DNA of 64,000 nt, from the NCBI GenBank assembly GCA_964016885.1, contig OZ024753.1, positions 38,440,001 to 38,504,000 of the forward strand. The letters are read 5' to 3'. A program made the translations under genes and the position numbers. Below the pieces are notes generated by a model. The model was not told the origin of the DNA. It saw only the letters and a program-made list of their open reading frames with translations, and ran no database searches. Below are positions 28,545 to 43,983 of the stretch, piece by piece (within the stretch, counting starts at the first letter, position 1; the number at the start of each line of letters is the position of its first letter). The stretch is from Eledone cirrhosa. Its lineage: Eukaryota.

Positions 28545-28712
28545 ACAAAACACCACCCTGGTAAGGATGCCAGGCCATCGCAGAGTTAAATCCTCAGCCA
28601 TTGCTGGTACTCATTTTCAGCTGAATATATTGGAGCAGCACACAAACCATTCCAGGAATCGAACCCACGACATTATGATTGTAAGTCCAACGTTCTTACC
28701 ACTAAGTATCCA
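28545..28712 (-). mobile_element. tRNA-derived SINE remnant
   Basis: Reverse complement has cttagtggtaag and B box gggttcgattcc. Confidence 0.65.
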
Positions 28713-28789
28713 CTTTTATATAGATAGAAACACTTTAAAATAAACAGCTTAGAATCGTAGAACCAGAGGAGGTTTCGGGTACACAGGGG

Positions 28790-29490
28790 CAACACACACA
28801 CACACACACATACCCCACAACATACAGACATATACAGAGGCAAACACACACACATACTCCACGACACAGACACATACAGAGGCAAACACACACACATACC
28901 CCACGACATACAGACACATACGGAGGCAAACACACACACATAGCCCACGACACAGACACATACAGAGGCAAACACACACACATACCCCACGACATACAGA
29001 CACATACAGAGGCACACACACATACCCCACGACATACAGACACATACGGAGGCAAACACACATACCCCACGACATACAGACACATACGAAGGCAAACACA
29101 CACACATAACCCACGACACACAGAGATACACACACACACACACACACATACCCCACGACACACAGACACATACAGAGGCAAACACACACACATAACCCGC
29201 GAGACACAGATACACACACACACACACACATACCCCACGACACACAGACACATACAGAGGCAAACACACACACATACCCCACGAGACACAGATACACACA
29301 CACACACACACATACCCCACGAGACACAGAGACACAGACAGACAAACACACGCACATATCCCACGAGGCACAGATACACACACACAGACACACACACAGA
29401 CACGCACGCACACACACACACACACGCACACACACACACACACACACAAACACACACATATATCCCACGAGACATAGATACACAGTCAGA
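28790..29490. repeat. Minisatellite of about 44 bp (cataccccacgacatacagacacatacagaggcaaacacacaca)
   Basis: About 15 imperfect tandem units. Confidence 0.9.
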
Positions 29491-29847
29491 CATAGAGGCG
29501 TCAAGACGTGAGTCTACTAAATACTGTCTAAAATAGTGTGTTGTTGTGTGTATGTATGTGTATATATATGTGTATGTATGTATGTATGTATATGTATACG
29601 TGTGTATGTGTATGTATATGTATATGTATATATGTGTGTGTGTATACGTATGTATGTGTATGTATATGTATACGTGTGTGTGTACCAGTGTCACACGCCG
29701 ACGTTGATAATTGTGGATCATTATTTTGTACTTGACACTCTTCTTCCTTTCTTTCGTTGTTTATATATTTGTTTATTTATTTATATATTTGTTTATTTAT
29801 GTAGCTATCCTCCGGGTTATTATCTATTATATATATATACATACATA

Positions 29848-29960
<113 letters not shown>

Positions 29961-30469
29961 ATAGGTATATGTATATATATATATGAGTGTATATGTATAT
30001 ATATATACACACATATATAAGTGTGTGTGTTATGTCTCTCTCCACACGCCATCCTTATGATTTTCCCATCAGTCAAATAAACCACACTTCAGTAAAACGG
30101 GTGCCAACTCCGGTGGTGGTGATGGTGATGGTGGTGGTGGTGGTGGTGATGGTGATGGTGGTGGTGGTGGTGGTGGTGGTGGTGGTAATGGTGATGGTGG
30201 TGGTGGTGGTGGTGATGATGATGATGATGATGATGATGTCGCAGAGGATAAAGGTGATAATGGTGATTATGATAATGATGATGATGATGATAATGATGAT
30301 AATAATGATGATGCTGATGATTAAGAGGTTGCTGCTCCTGATGACGATGATAATTCTCTAGTTTAAGTTAGTTATTAGTAAACTTGTGATGTGGTTACGT
30401 CAAGCTACGTCAAACTACGTCAAACCATAAAAGAAAGACACCCAAGCCACCAATATTCCAGTGTTCTAC

Positions 30470-30533
<64 letters not shown>

Positions 30534-30814
30534 GTTATTCCGGGTTGAATCGGAGGTAACCACATATATATATATATTAAATGAAATCCAACCAAAATTA
30601 AAATAAAAAAAAAAAAATTAAATTAAATAGAAAACATGAATGGAACAGCAACATCACAACTTACAATTAACGACAAAATGAAAACACACACGCACATAGA
30701 ACAAACAACCAACCAGTATCATGTAAATAAACAAATAAATAAACAAATATAAACACACACAGACACCCGGATGTAATACATGCGCAAACTAAGCATACAA
30801 CACACACACAAACA

Positions 30815-31127
30815 AGATGGCGTAGGACAGAACAAAGGAGAGGCACAAAAACAAAGAAAAGAATCCCCAGTCACTGAAGAGGTGACAGAATGTGTGACGA
30901 AAGAACTTTGACAATATATAAACAATCATCTGGTTGTGGAACCAACCAACCAACCAACCGGAAATTTATAAATTCCTAAATTTATAAATTTATTATAATA
31001 AATTGAAGTGAAAGCAACTGGTGCGTGTGTTTCTTATTGGCAACATGACCCTCCCAAAGTATAACAATATCGGTTTCAACACACGTTTTCAGATAAAGAA
31101 TCTTGCTAAACAAATTCAGAAACGAAA
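30815..31127 (+). mobile_element. HHR-bearing element (older copy of the 55234-55566 family; may extend further 5')
   Basis: Colinear homology with 55254-55566 and the same 3' end (cagaaacgaaa) followed by (TA)n. Confidence 0.8.
30870..30912 (+). ncRNA. Minimal type I hammerhead motif
   Basis: gtca CTGAAGA g gtgaca gaatg tgtgac GAAA gaac TT tgac. Confidence 0.6.
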
Positions 31128-31226
31128 TATATATATATATATATAATATAAGATCAAAAGATGGTTAAAGGAGTTCCATGTATTTTATTATGCGCATTTC
31201 AAAAACAAACATCATCATGCAATAAT

Positions 31227-31395
31227 ATTTGTGTTTTCATCAGATAAAACAGGGGAACATGATATGAAGGCTAAAAACACTTGTGGATAGTGCAGTTTTA
31301 AATCAACATATATGTTGATTTAAAACTGCACTATCCACAAGTGTTTTTTAGCCTTCATATCATGTCCTCCTGTTTTATCTGATGAAAACACAAAT
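31227..31395. repeat. Near-perfect palindrome, arms about 84 bp, no spacer
   Basis: Centre acata|tatgt at 31310/31311; arms differ by 2 substitutions and 1 indel. Confidence 0.95.
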
Positions 31396-31455
31396 TTTCT
31401 CACTGTCTTTTGAAGCTAACACCCGAGTGAGAAAATTTGTTCCGAAATTATTGCC

Positions 31456-31545
31456 TGTGTCCGACGAACCTGCAGTTCTAGAATCAGACAGATCCATACA
31501 ATGATCGTGTCTCGAGCTGTCTGCCGGCGAAACAATTGTAACACA
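31456..31545 (+). ncRNA. Decayed type I hammerhead with long stem II
   Basis: tgtgt CCGACGA acctgcag...ctgccggc GAAA caattg TA acaca; palindromic ACAATTGT; U4C change; stem I extends through ttattg/caataa. Confidence 0.55.
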
Positions 31546-31603
31546 CAATAAATTGAGTCCAGATGCATCACTGATTTATCGTTTTATATTATATCTCTTG
31601 CAA

Positions 31604-31675
<72 letters not shown>

Positions 31676-31677
<2 letters not shown>

Positions 31678-31862
31678 CGAAGGAAATGTGGTAAGGAACC
31701 AGGTGGACCATAACGCACCAAAGTACTTAATACTTAGGGTAGTAGAGTGGGTAATAGGAACCAGTAAGACCCCGACGGCTGAGCTCAAGCCGTTTCGACG
31801 GCTAATTCTGGACTAAAATCCGTCGAAACGGCTTGAGCTCAGCCGTCGGGGTCTTACTGGTT

Positions 31863-31865
<3 letters not shown>
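31676..31865 (-). mobile_element. Fold-back half-hammerhead element, copy 2
   Basis: Same family as 26345; inverted arm 31820-31865. Confidence 0.85.
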
Positions 31866-31906
<41 letters not shown>

Positions 31907-31909
<3 letters not shown>

Positions 31910-32096
31910 AACGAAGGAAATGTGGTAAGGAACCAGGTGAACCGTAACGCACCAGAATACTCGATATTATGGGTAGTACAGTCGGTAATAGGAAAAGAGT
32001 CAGGACCCCGATGGCTGAGCTCCGGCCCTTTCGACGGCTAGTTCTGAACTAGCTGTCGAAACGGCCGGAGCTCAGCCGTCGGGTCCACACTCTTTT

Positions 32097-32100
<4 letters not shown>
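31907..32100 (-). mobile_element. Fold-back half-hammerhead element, copy 3 (diverged subfamily)
   Basis: Symmetry centre cgacggctagttc-t-gaactagctgtcg. Confidence 0.85.
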
Positions 32101-32139
<39 letters not shown>

Positions 32140-32241
32140 TGTATATTATAAGTATGTATGTATATATTACGTATTATATATTATATTTAGTCTCTCTCTC
32201 TCTATATATATATCACACACATACACACACACACATACACA

Positions 32242-32349
<108 letters not shown>

Positions 32350-32394
32350 CATATACATATCTATGTATGAATCTATATGTATGTGTGTGCATAT

Positions 32395-32488
<94 letters not shown>

Positions 32489-33027
32489 TATACATATATA
32501 CATATATATACATATACACATATACATATATATATATATATATGTATATATGCACACACATACACATAGATTCATACATAGATACAAGAGATAGTTACAT
32601 GGATAGAGACCAGGGTGTTATTACATAGAGAAAACAATATATGCAAAAAATATTCTTTATTTGCTAAAATTGACGCCACAATCTCTTGTCGAATGTAATA
32701 AGTAAGTGACCCATATTGGATGGTTTCGTGGTAACTTACATGTCGTCAGAGAGATTGACATTTTACATAAAAACCTTACATGTCACATAGAAATGGAAAT
32801 AAATAAAATAGAAATTTTCTTTCGCTTTCACATGCAAAATTTTATGTTGTAAAATATTCTAAATAGATATAGAAACTATAGTATTTGTGCATATCTGTCC
32901 TAATACATGCTACGATGAGTATGTATGTATGTATGTATGTATGTATGTATGTATGTATGTATGTATGTATGTATGTATGTATGTATGTATATATATAAGA
33001 CACATATATACTTTTTATATATTATAA

Positions 33028-33058
<31 letters not shown>

Positions 33059-33067
33059 TATATACAC

Positions 33068-33098
<31 letters not shown>

Positions 33099-33113
33099 TA
33101 CACACACACACAT

Positions 33114-33148
<35 letters not shown>

Positions 33149-33252
33149 AGGATGGATGTATATGCATAATATAATACATTATACATATATATATATATAT
33201 ATAAATATTTATATATATATATGTATTTATTATATTATGTATATACATTAAT

Positions 33253-33307
<55 letters not shown>

Positions 33308-34675
33308 AATGCTAGCTTGCACCATGCAATAATGGCGTCTGATCGGGCGACTGACTAGCGCTATGCGATAATGGTGACTAAATTCATATACGATGGCTTC
33401 CTCGTCAATACATCCATCCATGCTGGCCTTGCAAAGAACATAACTTCATATTATTCAAGTCTATCGTTTCATTTTTAATTCTAACAATTGTTCTCTCCCA
33501 TCTCCCTACTCACCTTCCACCCTTTCTTTCATACACACTCACTCACTTTCTTTCTCTCTTTCTTTCTTTCTCTCCCTTCAAAGTCCTCATATGCAAGTCT
33601 ATAGTTTCATTTTTTAATTCTAACAATTTCTCTCCATCACCACCACCACCACCACCACCACCACCACCACTCTTCTCCCCACCTCTGCCCCTCTGCCCCT
33701 CACCCCCCGTTCACTCCCTTTTCCTCGTCCTCATACACTCTTTCTTATACACCGACAGACACATTTACTCTCCACTCCTCCTCCACTCTTCTCCCCTTCC
33801 TCGCTGCCTTCAAAGACCCATACATATCAAAGTTAAAAAGAAGTAGAGGAAGATGGGGGTATAAAAGAGACAATGCAACAATACAATACAAACACAACAC
33901 AAAACACACAAAAATGACCAAAAATAAATATACAAATAATAAATATATAAAATTAAAAAATTTAAATAATGACAACAACAAACAAAAAAAACAAACAAAA
34001 AAATCCACCACTACCACCACCACCACCACCACAAGTACAACCGCCACAACCACTACCGTCACGACCACCACCACCAACAACAACAGCAACAATAGCAACA
34101 ATAACAAGAACAACAATACACTAACGAACAATCAAAACCGTGTCAGTGTCACGTGATGATGCAAAGATACTCCGACCATTCTTTCTTGCATGAGTGATGG
34201 AATGTTTTAGAAAATGAAGAAGGTTTAGGAATATAACAGCCTAGCTAAACTTTGTTTGTATAATTTATCAATGTTATTATTAAATTGGTTCAATACAAAC
34301 TTTATAAAAATATATATAAAGAAAATATTTAAAAAATGGAAGCTATTCATATATTTAAATAAAAGGCATCCATTTTATTTTACTTACTTATTTGTATATT
34401 TTATATTTTAAAGACTGATTTTGTTTCTAGATATGTATGGAGATGTATGTATGTATGTATGTATGTATGTATGTATGTATGTATGTATGTATGTATGTAT
34501 GTATGTATGTATGTATGCATGCATGTATGTATGTATGTTTGTATGTATGTTTGTATGTATGTTTGTATGTATGTATGTATGTATATATGTATGTATGTAT
34601 GTATGTATGTTTGCATGTATGTATGTATATATGTATGTATGTATGTATGTATATATGTATATATGTATGTATGTA

Positions 34676-34750
<75 letters not shown>

Positions 34751-34817
34751 ATAGCTAGCTAGCTAACTATGTAAGTATGTATGTATGTTTGCATATCTGT
34801 ATATAACTCTCTCTCTC

Positions 34818-34864
<47 letters not shown>

Positions 34865-35330
34865 ATCTATATGTTTGTATGTGCATGCGTTTGTCTGTGT
34901 ATGTGTGTGTGTGTGTTTGTATATATATGTGTGTACGTGTATGTATGTACGTGCACGTTTGTTGACAAAAACAGATAGATAGCAAGAGAAAAAGTGGAAG
35001 GAGGGAGAGAAGGGAAGAAAGAGATAGAAATAAAGAAAGGAAGGAAGGAAGAAAGAAAGATGAAAAGGAACGAAAGAAATTTGTTGAAAATAATGTAAAT
35101 AGATTTCAGTAGGAGTCATCCGAATAAAACACAAAAACATTTTTTCCCTCAATTTTTGATGTCCAGCAAAAATTGTGATCAGATTAATACAGAGAGAATA
35201 CTCTCCCCTGTCAGTCTACCTTTCCACAAATATGAGACCAAATATGAGTAATACAATTAAACATGAAAATAATAAATATTGAACATTAGAAATGTTGCTT
35301 TGTTCTGTTTAATAATGTTATTATTACATG

Positions 35331-35548
35331 GTGCGGTGGATGAGCAGTATCGGTAGAGCGTCGGACACTATGCTTCGTGGCATAGAGTTACGGCCCTTTA
35401 AGTTCTGAGTTCAAATCCTGCCGAGGTTAGCTTTGCCTTTCATCCTTACGGGGTTGATAACATAAAGTACTAGTCACACACTGGGGTCGATTTAATCGAC
35501 TTTCCACTAACCCCCAAATTGCTGGCCTTCTGCCTAAATCAGAAACCG
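35331..35548 (+). mobile_element. Nin-type SINE
   Basis: gagttcaaatcctgccgaggttagctttgcctttcatccttacggggttgataa. Confidence 0.85.
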
Positions 35549-35713
35549 AATGGACGAGTAGTACTGTCGGTAGGGGTCGAAACTGTACGTCCATTTCGAC
35601 GGCTGATGACCAAGGTTGTTTTGTATCTGTTTTGCTAGTTTTGCATTGTTAACTGTGATGCACGCGTCTACCCTTCTTCTAAGTTTCTCACTATATATTA
35701 TATAGATAGATAG

Positions 35714-35744
<31 letters not shown>

Positions 35745-36061
35745 TGTATGTATGTATGTATGTATGTATGTATGTATGTATGTATGTATGTATGTATGTA
35801 TGTATGTATTTATAGATGAATAGGAGGAAGAGAAAGAAGAGGAAGGAGAACGAGAGAAATGAAAGGAATACAGCAAGTGGAGAAGTGATTGATAAAATGA
35901 TTAGATATATATCCACAATATCACATGACTACTGCTGATGAAAGGCTATAATCGATGAAATCGAACTCAGTACAGTTTGATATTCCTTTTATCATATTGG
36001 AAAGATGAAAGTAAATTGTGTTTTTTACACCATGTATTTGTGAAGATTATGGTGTTTTTGT

Positions 36062-36200
36062 AAGGAGTTGAATCGGTAAAGTCATTCGGGCGTCGGATTA
36101 CACGCCTGGATATTTGTTCCGGCTCACTGTGTTCTGAGTTCAAATTGAGTCAAGATTAACTTTGGATTTCGTCCTTTTGGGGTCGATACATAAAGCAATC
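36062..36200 (+). mobile_element. Degenerate Nin-type SINE
   Basis: ctgagttcaaatt..aactttggatttcgtccttttggggtcgata. Confidence 0.6.
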
Positions 36201-36600
36201 TTTCTCAACGTGGCTCCTTAGGTAACTTGCTTCGAGAAACTCGGAGTAGATAGGAAGGTATACGCCAGTTTGCAATGTATTTCATCTAATATACTATCCC
36301 TTTATGATTACATATTGCGGACTCTTTCTCTAGTGATTACAACCACACATTCAGGCGTATGTATATATATATATATATTTGAAGACGGCATATATATGTG
36401 TTTGGTATGTATATTTAATTTTGATAGTTTGTATAATTTTGTATAATTTTGTACATAGATCTGTTGAATATGCATGCCAATTCTAACACATATATATCCT
36501 AGAAACGATCGTTAAATAATGAACTTTTTTTGTTTAATATAAGGAACTGCTTCATTGTTTTATTCATTATTTTTTTAATATTTTATATATATATATATAT

Positions 36601-36636
36601 TCTTAACATTTCGGACGCCAGTCCTTCATCAGAAGA
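36601..36636 (-). ncRNA. Minimal hammerhead motif
   Basis: Minus strand: tctt CTGATGA a ggac tggc gtcc GAAA tgtta aga, running straight into (TA)n. Confidence 0.6.
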
Positions 36637-36734
36637 AACAATGAGAAATAAGATAGATTGAGGGGACGGGTGGGTTGGAATTGGAAAAAAATGTCTTTAG
36701 ATAAAAATAACAGGTCCATTCATGTTGACTTCTC

Positions 36735-36843
<109 letters not shown>

Positions 36844-36869
36844 TGTGTGTGTGCGTTTATGTCCTGTAA

Positions 36870-37088
36870 CTCTTAGATCAATGAAATAAGTACCAGAATT
36901 AAAAATAAAATAGGTACTGTTGCCGATATGATCGATTAAATGAAGGTGGTGCTCCAGCATAGAGTAAGGTGAAATGAAGTATCTTGCTCAAGGATACAAT
37001 GCCACGTTCTGTCCAGGAATCCATCTCACAACCTTACGATCTTGAGCTCAGCGTCCTCGCATCTTCACCACTGAGGCCACGCGCCTTT
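36870..37088 (-). mobile_element. CORE-type SINE
   Basis: Reverse complement head aggcgcgtggcctcagtgg; core gtatccttgagcaagatactt. Confidence 0.7.
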
Positions 37089-37896
37089 AGTCACAAGAAA
37101 ATTATGATAATATATAGTTACAGGGATAAATTTTCTCCGGAATTGTACAAATAAGTCCTAAGTTAATGAAGGGGCTAAATTATTCAGATACTAAAATAAG
37201 CAATTTTCTTTAAATGAGGAAAAAAAAAAACGAAAAAAAGAAAAGCAAAAGCAAAAAACGCCATCCCCCATCAAAAAACAAATAAAAACATAACCCAACA
37301 AAACTACAAAAACTACGAAAAAAAAAAGATCCAAAGAAAAACCACATTAGCAACGACAATAACAACTGCAACAATAACAAAAATGAGATTCTCAATTATT
37401 AGAGAAGATGGCTGAGAAATAATACATTGTTCGAGGCATGCAACCAGTGTAAGATAAACTAGGACAGGATGAAATAGAGACGGCTTTGTGAATAGTTTCG
37501 TTGGACATATGGTGTGTGGTGTGTGTATGTGTATGCGCGTGTGTGTGCGTGTGTGTCTGTGTGAGAGAGAGAGGGAGAGAGAGAGCAAGAGAGTGAGAGA
37601 GATAACGAGAGAGACAGGGTGAGAGTACGAGTGAAACAGAAAGAGAGAGAGAGAGAGAGTGTGAGAGAAAAACGAAAGAGAGAATGAGAGGGAAAAGGAA
37701 AAAACTCAAAACAGAAAAACAACAAAGATGGCAGCCATTGATGAAACTAGGCGGGAAACTCACCGAGTGGCAAGTTAGAAAGTCAGTAACAGCTGAGAAA
37801 TATCATCTTGCTTAGTGAGTTGAAGCTTGAAAACGCAAGCATCTTGACGTGCAAAAATAACTGTCAGTCAGGAGAGCTTTTCTTTACAAATGTCCG

Positions 37897-38291
37897 AACA
37901 ATGAAAGCCATGGTGACTGTATCAAAACCTCTTCCAGCTCAGTTAACGGAATTTTTGCCCAGGCAGCCCTCCCGCCCAACGTCCACCATCACATCCTCCC
38001 CATACTCCTTCTCCTCCTCGCTCCCACTCCTCTTCTCCCCCTCTCTGTTTTACTCCACTCCACTCTCTATTCCATTCTATTTCATTTCTACATACTCCGT
38101 CGTTTCATGGATTTTTATATATTATGCATCAAACAATGAAAGCATGGTGACGATATCAAAACATCTTCCAGCTCAGTTAACGGAATTATCTCCCCCTGTT
38201 TCACTTTCTCCATCTATCCTATCCCATTTCCACTTCCACATACATACCTATTAGTCCGTTGTTCATGGATTTTTATACATTATGCATCAAA
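37897..38291. repeat. Imperfect tandem duplication
   Basis: aacaatgaaagc..tcttccagctcagttaacggaatt (37897, 38132) and tccgt..catggatttttat..attatgcatcaaa (38096, 38256) each occur twice. Confidence 0.8.
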
Positions 38292-38465
38292 TAATGTAAT
38301 TTGATTATTTTTTTATATGTATATATAACAATCTTAGTTTTTAGTTTTTTGATTTTATTTATTTGTATTGCATTTTTCTTTGTTTTTGTTTTAACGCTAT
38401 TAAAAAACAACTTCCCTACAACAACAGCAGCAAAAACAATTTAATGCATCCAGAATATACATACA

Positions 38466-38568
<103 letters not shown>

Positions 38569-38904
38569 ATATATATATATATGTATATATATATAAAAAT
38601 ATAAACATATACATGTATATATATACATAATATACATACATATAAATATATACACACATATATACATAATATACATACATATAAATATATACACACATAT
38701 ATAACATATATATATTTATTCTCTATTTTTTTCTCAATCAGTATAGTTAAGATAGGTTGTGATGAGTTGCAACAGCTCAAGACAAGAATATTGTTTGAGC
38801 TACGATTGGTAGATCGACTCGACAAAGGGAGACAACACAGCAGTAGTTGAGTAGGAAGCGGAACAATAATAGATTTGATGACATCCGATGAAACAGATAA
38901 AGAT

Positions 38905-38935
<31 letters not shown>

Positions 38936-38953
38936 ATAATAATAGTAATAGTA

Positions 38954-39005
<52 letters not shown>

Positions 39006-39148
39006 TAATAACAACAACAACGACGACGACCACGATGATGATGATGTTGATGTTGATGAAGATGGTGATATTGATGATGATGATTGTGATAATGATGATG
39101 ATGATGATGATGATGATAATGATAGAGATAATGATGATGATTGTGATA

Positions 39149-39180
<32 letters not shown>

Positions 39181-39241
39181 AATGATGATGATGGTCATGA
39201 TGAGGATAATGGTGATAATGATGATGATGATGGTGATGATA

Positions 39242-39274
<33 letters not shown>

Positions 39275-39276
<2 letters not shown>

Positions 39277-39400
39277 TTTCATTTATTTTGCCACAAGGGC
39301 TCTGGATGAAAGGGACATTATTAAGACAGGTTCATTACAGAGAATATGGAAGGCCTGCTTACATGGAATTCGGATGATTGAAAAACAAAACCCAAAATAG
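39275..39400 (-). mobile_element. Probable 3' end of a related Tx1-like LINE abutting (ATC)n
   Basis: tttattttgccacaagggctctggatgaaagggaca resembles tttattagccacaggggcacaaaagaaggggaca at 21775. Confidence 0.45.
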
Positions 39401-39576
39401 GGATGCACACATACCCCCCCCCCACACATGTATATGTATATATATAATATATTTGTGTCTGTATACATGCATAATACATATATATACATATGTATATGTA
39501 TAATTATATAATATAAATACATTTATATATACACATATATATGTACATGTTTATACTCAGATATGTGTATATATAT

Positions 39577-39633
<57 letters not shown>

Positions 39634-39658
39634 TACATATATATGTATGTCTACATAC

Positions 39659-39707
<49 letters not shown>

Positions 39708-39869
39708 TATATATATACATATATATAATACAAACATGCATATATGCATATGTATGTATATATATATATTTATAAATATATATATATATATATATATAAT
39801 ACATAAACAAAAAAAATTAGAAGGGTATCAGCAAATGAAAACCATCAACAACAACAACAGCAACAGCAA

Positions 39870-39900
<31 letters not shown>

Positions 39901-40457
39901 AACAACAACAATAGAATGTGACAGAGGAGAGAAAATGAAGTCGGTGATCAAATATTGTTATTATTAATGGTATTGTTAGATGTGTTGAGGCGTGGAGTGT
40001 TACTTGCTACGACAGATCGTTGTAGAGATAAGAAGGACGGAGTGATATTCGGAAATGGAGACAAGGTAAAGAAGAAATATATAAATAACATACAAATAAA
40101 CAAACAAACAAACAATAAAAAACTATCCCCCAAAAAGCCAAATAGACAGAAAAACATAAAAATACGAAAATGAAAACCATAAAGAAAATATACACAAACA
40201 GAAAAAAAAAAAATACAAGAAAAAACACACACAGAAACATCACAAAACAACAAGGGGTAAAAAATAAGTGAGATTTTTTTCACGATATTTTATTTTATAA
40301 TTTATTTATTTTATTATATATGTATGTATGTATGTATTTATGTATGTATGTATGTATGTATGTATGTATGTATGTATGTATGTATGTATGTATGTATGTA
40401 TGTATATGCATATGTATGTATATATGTATATATATATGTATATATATATATGTAGAC

Positions 40458-40494
<37 letters not shown>

Positions 40495-40512
40495 TATCTA
40501 TATATATACATG

Positions 40513-40600
<88 letters not shown>

Positions 40601-40606
40601 GACATA

Positions 40607-40645
<39 letters not shown>

Positions 40646-40774
40646 ATATGTAGACATATATATATAAATATATATATATATATATTATATATATATATAT
40701 ACATATACACATATATATATATATACATATATATGTGTAGTATATATATATTATATATATATTATATATATATG

Positions 40775-40879
<105 letters not shown>

Positions 40880-40891
40880 GCATATATGTAC

Positions 40892-41008
<117 letters not shown>

Positions 41009-41032
41009 CATATGCATATATGTACATATGTG

Positions 41033-41066
<34 letters not shown>

Positions 41067-41244
41067 CATATCTACATATATGTTTATTTATCTAAAACCA
41101 TATATAGTCTGATATAGTAAGAGTAATTTTCTTTCAAACCAGTGACAGAGGTCCCCCCCCCCTCCAACGTTAGAAACAAACTAAGACGACTTCTATCAAC
41201 ATTTGATAAGGACCAGAATAAACGAATTTGGAAAAAATACGACC

Positions 41245-41297
41245 AACATCATCATCACCATCATCAACATCATCATCATCAACATCATCATCATCAA

Positions 41298-41332
<35 letters not shown>

Positions 41333-41729
41333 ACATCATCATCAACATCATCATCATCATCAACATCAATATCATCATCAACATCATCATCATCACCATC
41401 ATCACCACCAACATCAACATCACCATCAGCATCAACATCATCATCATCATCAACATCATCATCACCATCATCACCACCAACATCAACATCACCATCAGCA
41501 TCAACATCATCATCATCATCAACATCAGCATCATCCCCATCATCAACATCAGCATCATCATCAACATCAACATCACCATCATCACTACCATCATCAACAT
41601 CAGCATCATCATCAACATCAACATCACCATCATCACCACCATCATCACCATCAGCATCAGCATCAACATCATCATCATCATCATCAACATCAATATCATC
41701 ACCACCACCACCATCACCACCAACATCAG

Positions 41730-41767
<38 letters not shown>

Positions 41768-42465
41768 CCATTAACATTATCATCATCCTAAGTATCACCA
41801 TCATCATCACCATAACTAGCACTGTCATCACAATCACCATCGCCCCCACCACCATTACTATCACCATCATCATCACCATGACTAGCACTACCCTCATCAT
41901 CATCACCACCATCGCCCCAACCACCACCGTCATCATTACCATGACCAGCACCGCCATTACCTTCACCACCACCACCACCACCACCACCACCACCTTTACT
42001 ACCACCATCACCACCACCACCACCACCTTTACCACCACCATCACCACCAACCACCACCAGCACCACCAACCACCACCACCACCAACCACCACCATCACCA
42101 CCACCTTTACCACCACCTTTACCACCACCATCACCACCACCACCAACCACCACCATCACCACCACCACCACCACCACCTTTACCACCACCAACCACCACC
42201 ATCACCACCAACTACCACCATCACCACCAATCACCACCATCACCACCACCAACCACCACCACCACCTTTACCACCACCAACCACCACCATCACCACCAAC
42301 CACCATCACCACCAACCACCACCGCCACCAACCACCACCACCACCATCACCACCACCTTTACCACCACCAACCACCACCTTTACCACCACCTTTACCACC
42401 ACCTTTACCACCATCAACCACCACCATCACCACCACCACCACTACTGCCATCATCATCACCATCG
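41245..42465. repeat. (CAT/CAA)n grading into (CCA)n
   Basis: Directly visible. Confidence 0.95.
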
Positions 42466-42580
42466 TAAACATCAATAACAACAGCTATACACACAGAGAC
42501 AAAATGGAATACTCACAAACCAGAAAAAAACATCAGCGATGTTTTACAATTGCAGTTGTTATACATATACATATATATAT

Positions 42581-42666
<86 letters not shown>

Positions 42667-42667
42667 A

Positions 42668-42768
<101 letters not shown>

Positions 42769-42795
42769 GTATATATATATATATGTATATATATG

Positions 42796-42890
<95 letters not shown>

Positions 42891-42895
42891 GTATG

Positions 42896-42951
<56 letters not shown>

Positions 42952-43336
42952 TATATGTGTGTGTGTGTAAGATGGTTGGTTGGAGAGATTTGTTTTTATT
43001 CTAGAACTTTTCTTGTTTATTATAGGTTCTTTTCCCAACAGGGATTTGAAAATAATGAGAAAGAACATTCAGTTAAGGTCTCACTTGTGTTGTTCATATA
43101 ACATGTATATAACATGTTGGTTATATATATATATATGTGTATGTATGTATGTATGTATGTATGTATGTATGTATGTATGTATGTATGTATGCATGTATGT
43201 ATGTATGTATGTATGTATGCATGTATGTATGTATATATATGTGTCTGTGTATATATATGTATATATATATATATATCGTATAATATATATATATACAAGT
43301 ATATATATATTTATATATATATATATATCTTTATAT

Positions 43337-43398
<62 letters not shown>

Positions 43399-43537
43399 AT
43401 ATATATATATGCATATATATATATATATATTTGTATACACACACATACACACATATACCCATATATAATGTGAAAAAAATAAAAACAAATCTAATATGGT
43501 ATATATATACACACACGCGCACAAACACATACACACA

Positions 43538-43607
<70 letters not shown>

Positions 43608-43983
43608 CGAACATACATATATATATATATATATATATATGGGTGCATAATATACGCAAGTTACTATTTCTGTAATTATGTTTGTATACACACATGCACA
43701 AAACACATGTATATATGAATATATATGAGTATACACATGCAGGTGAGCATGTAAAATCGTGTCTGCTTGCATAATGTACATATACAAAAAAGTTTTCTCA
43801 GATTTAAAATAAACACAGGCACACAGACACCCAGGCACACAGACAGACATTAAAACAAACTACAACTATTTTCTGTTCTCAGAAAAAAGTTTGAGGTATA
43901 AAAAAATCGGTTCCTTCACACTCTGCGAAGATTTATCCTGGTTCATTCTCCCTAAAAGGATACAGGGACATCCTTCGGCCATG

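Noticed and set aside
28790-29490. Regularly spaced repeats suggestive of a CRISPR array
   Set aside because: No unique spacers, eukaryotic context and no cas genes; it is a minisatellite
35540-35690. Hairpin aatggacg/cgtccatt with GAAA and CTGATGA nearby as a hammerhead
   Set aside because: Core elements cannot be placed in a valid topology without several mismatches, and part of the pairing comes from the adjacent SINE tail
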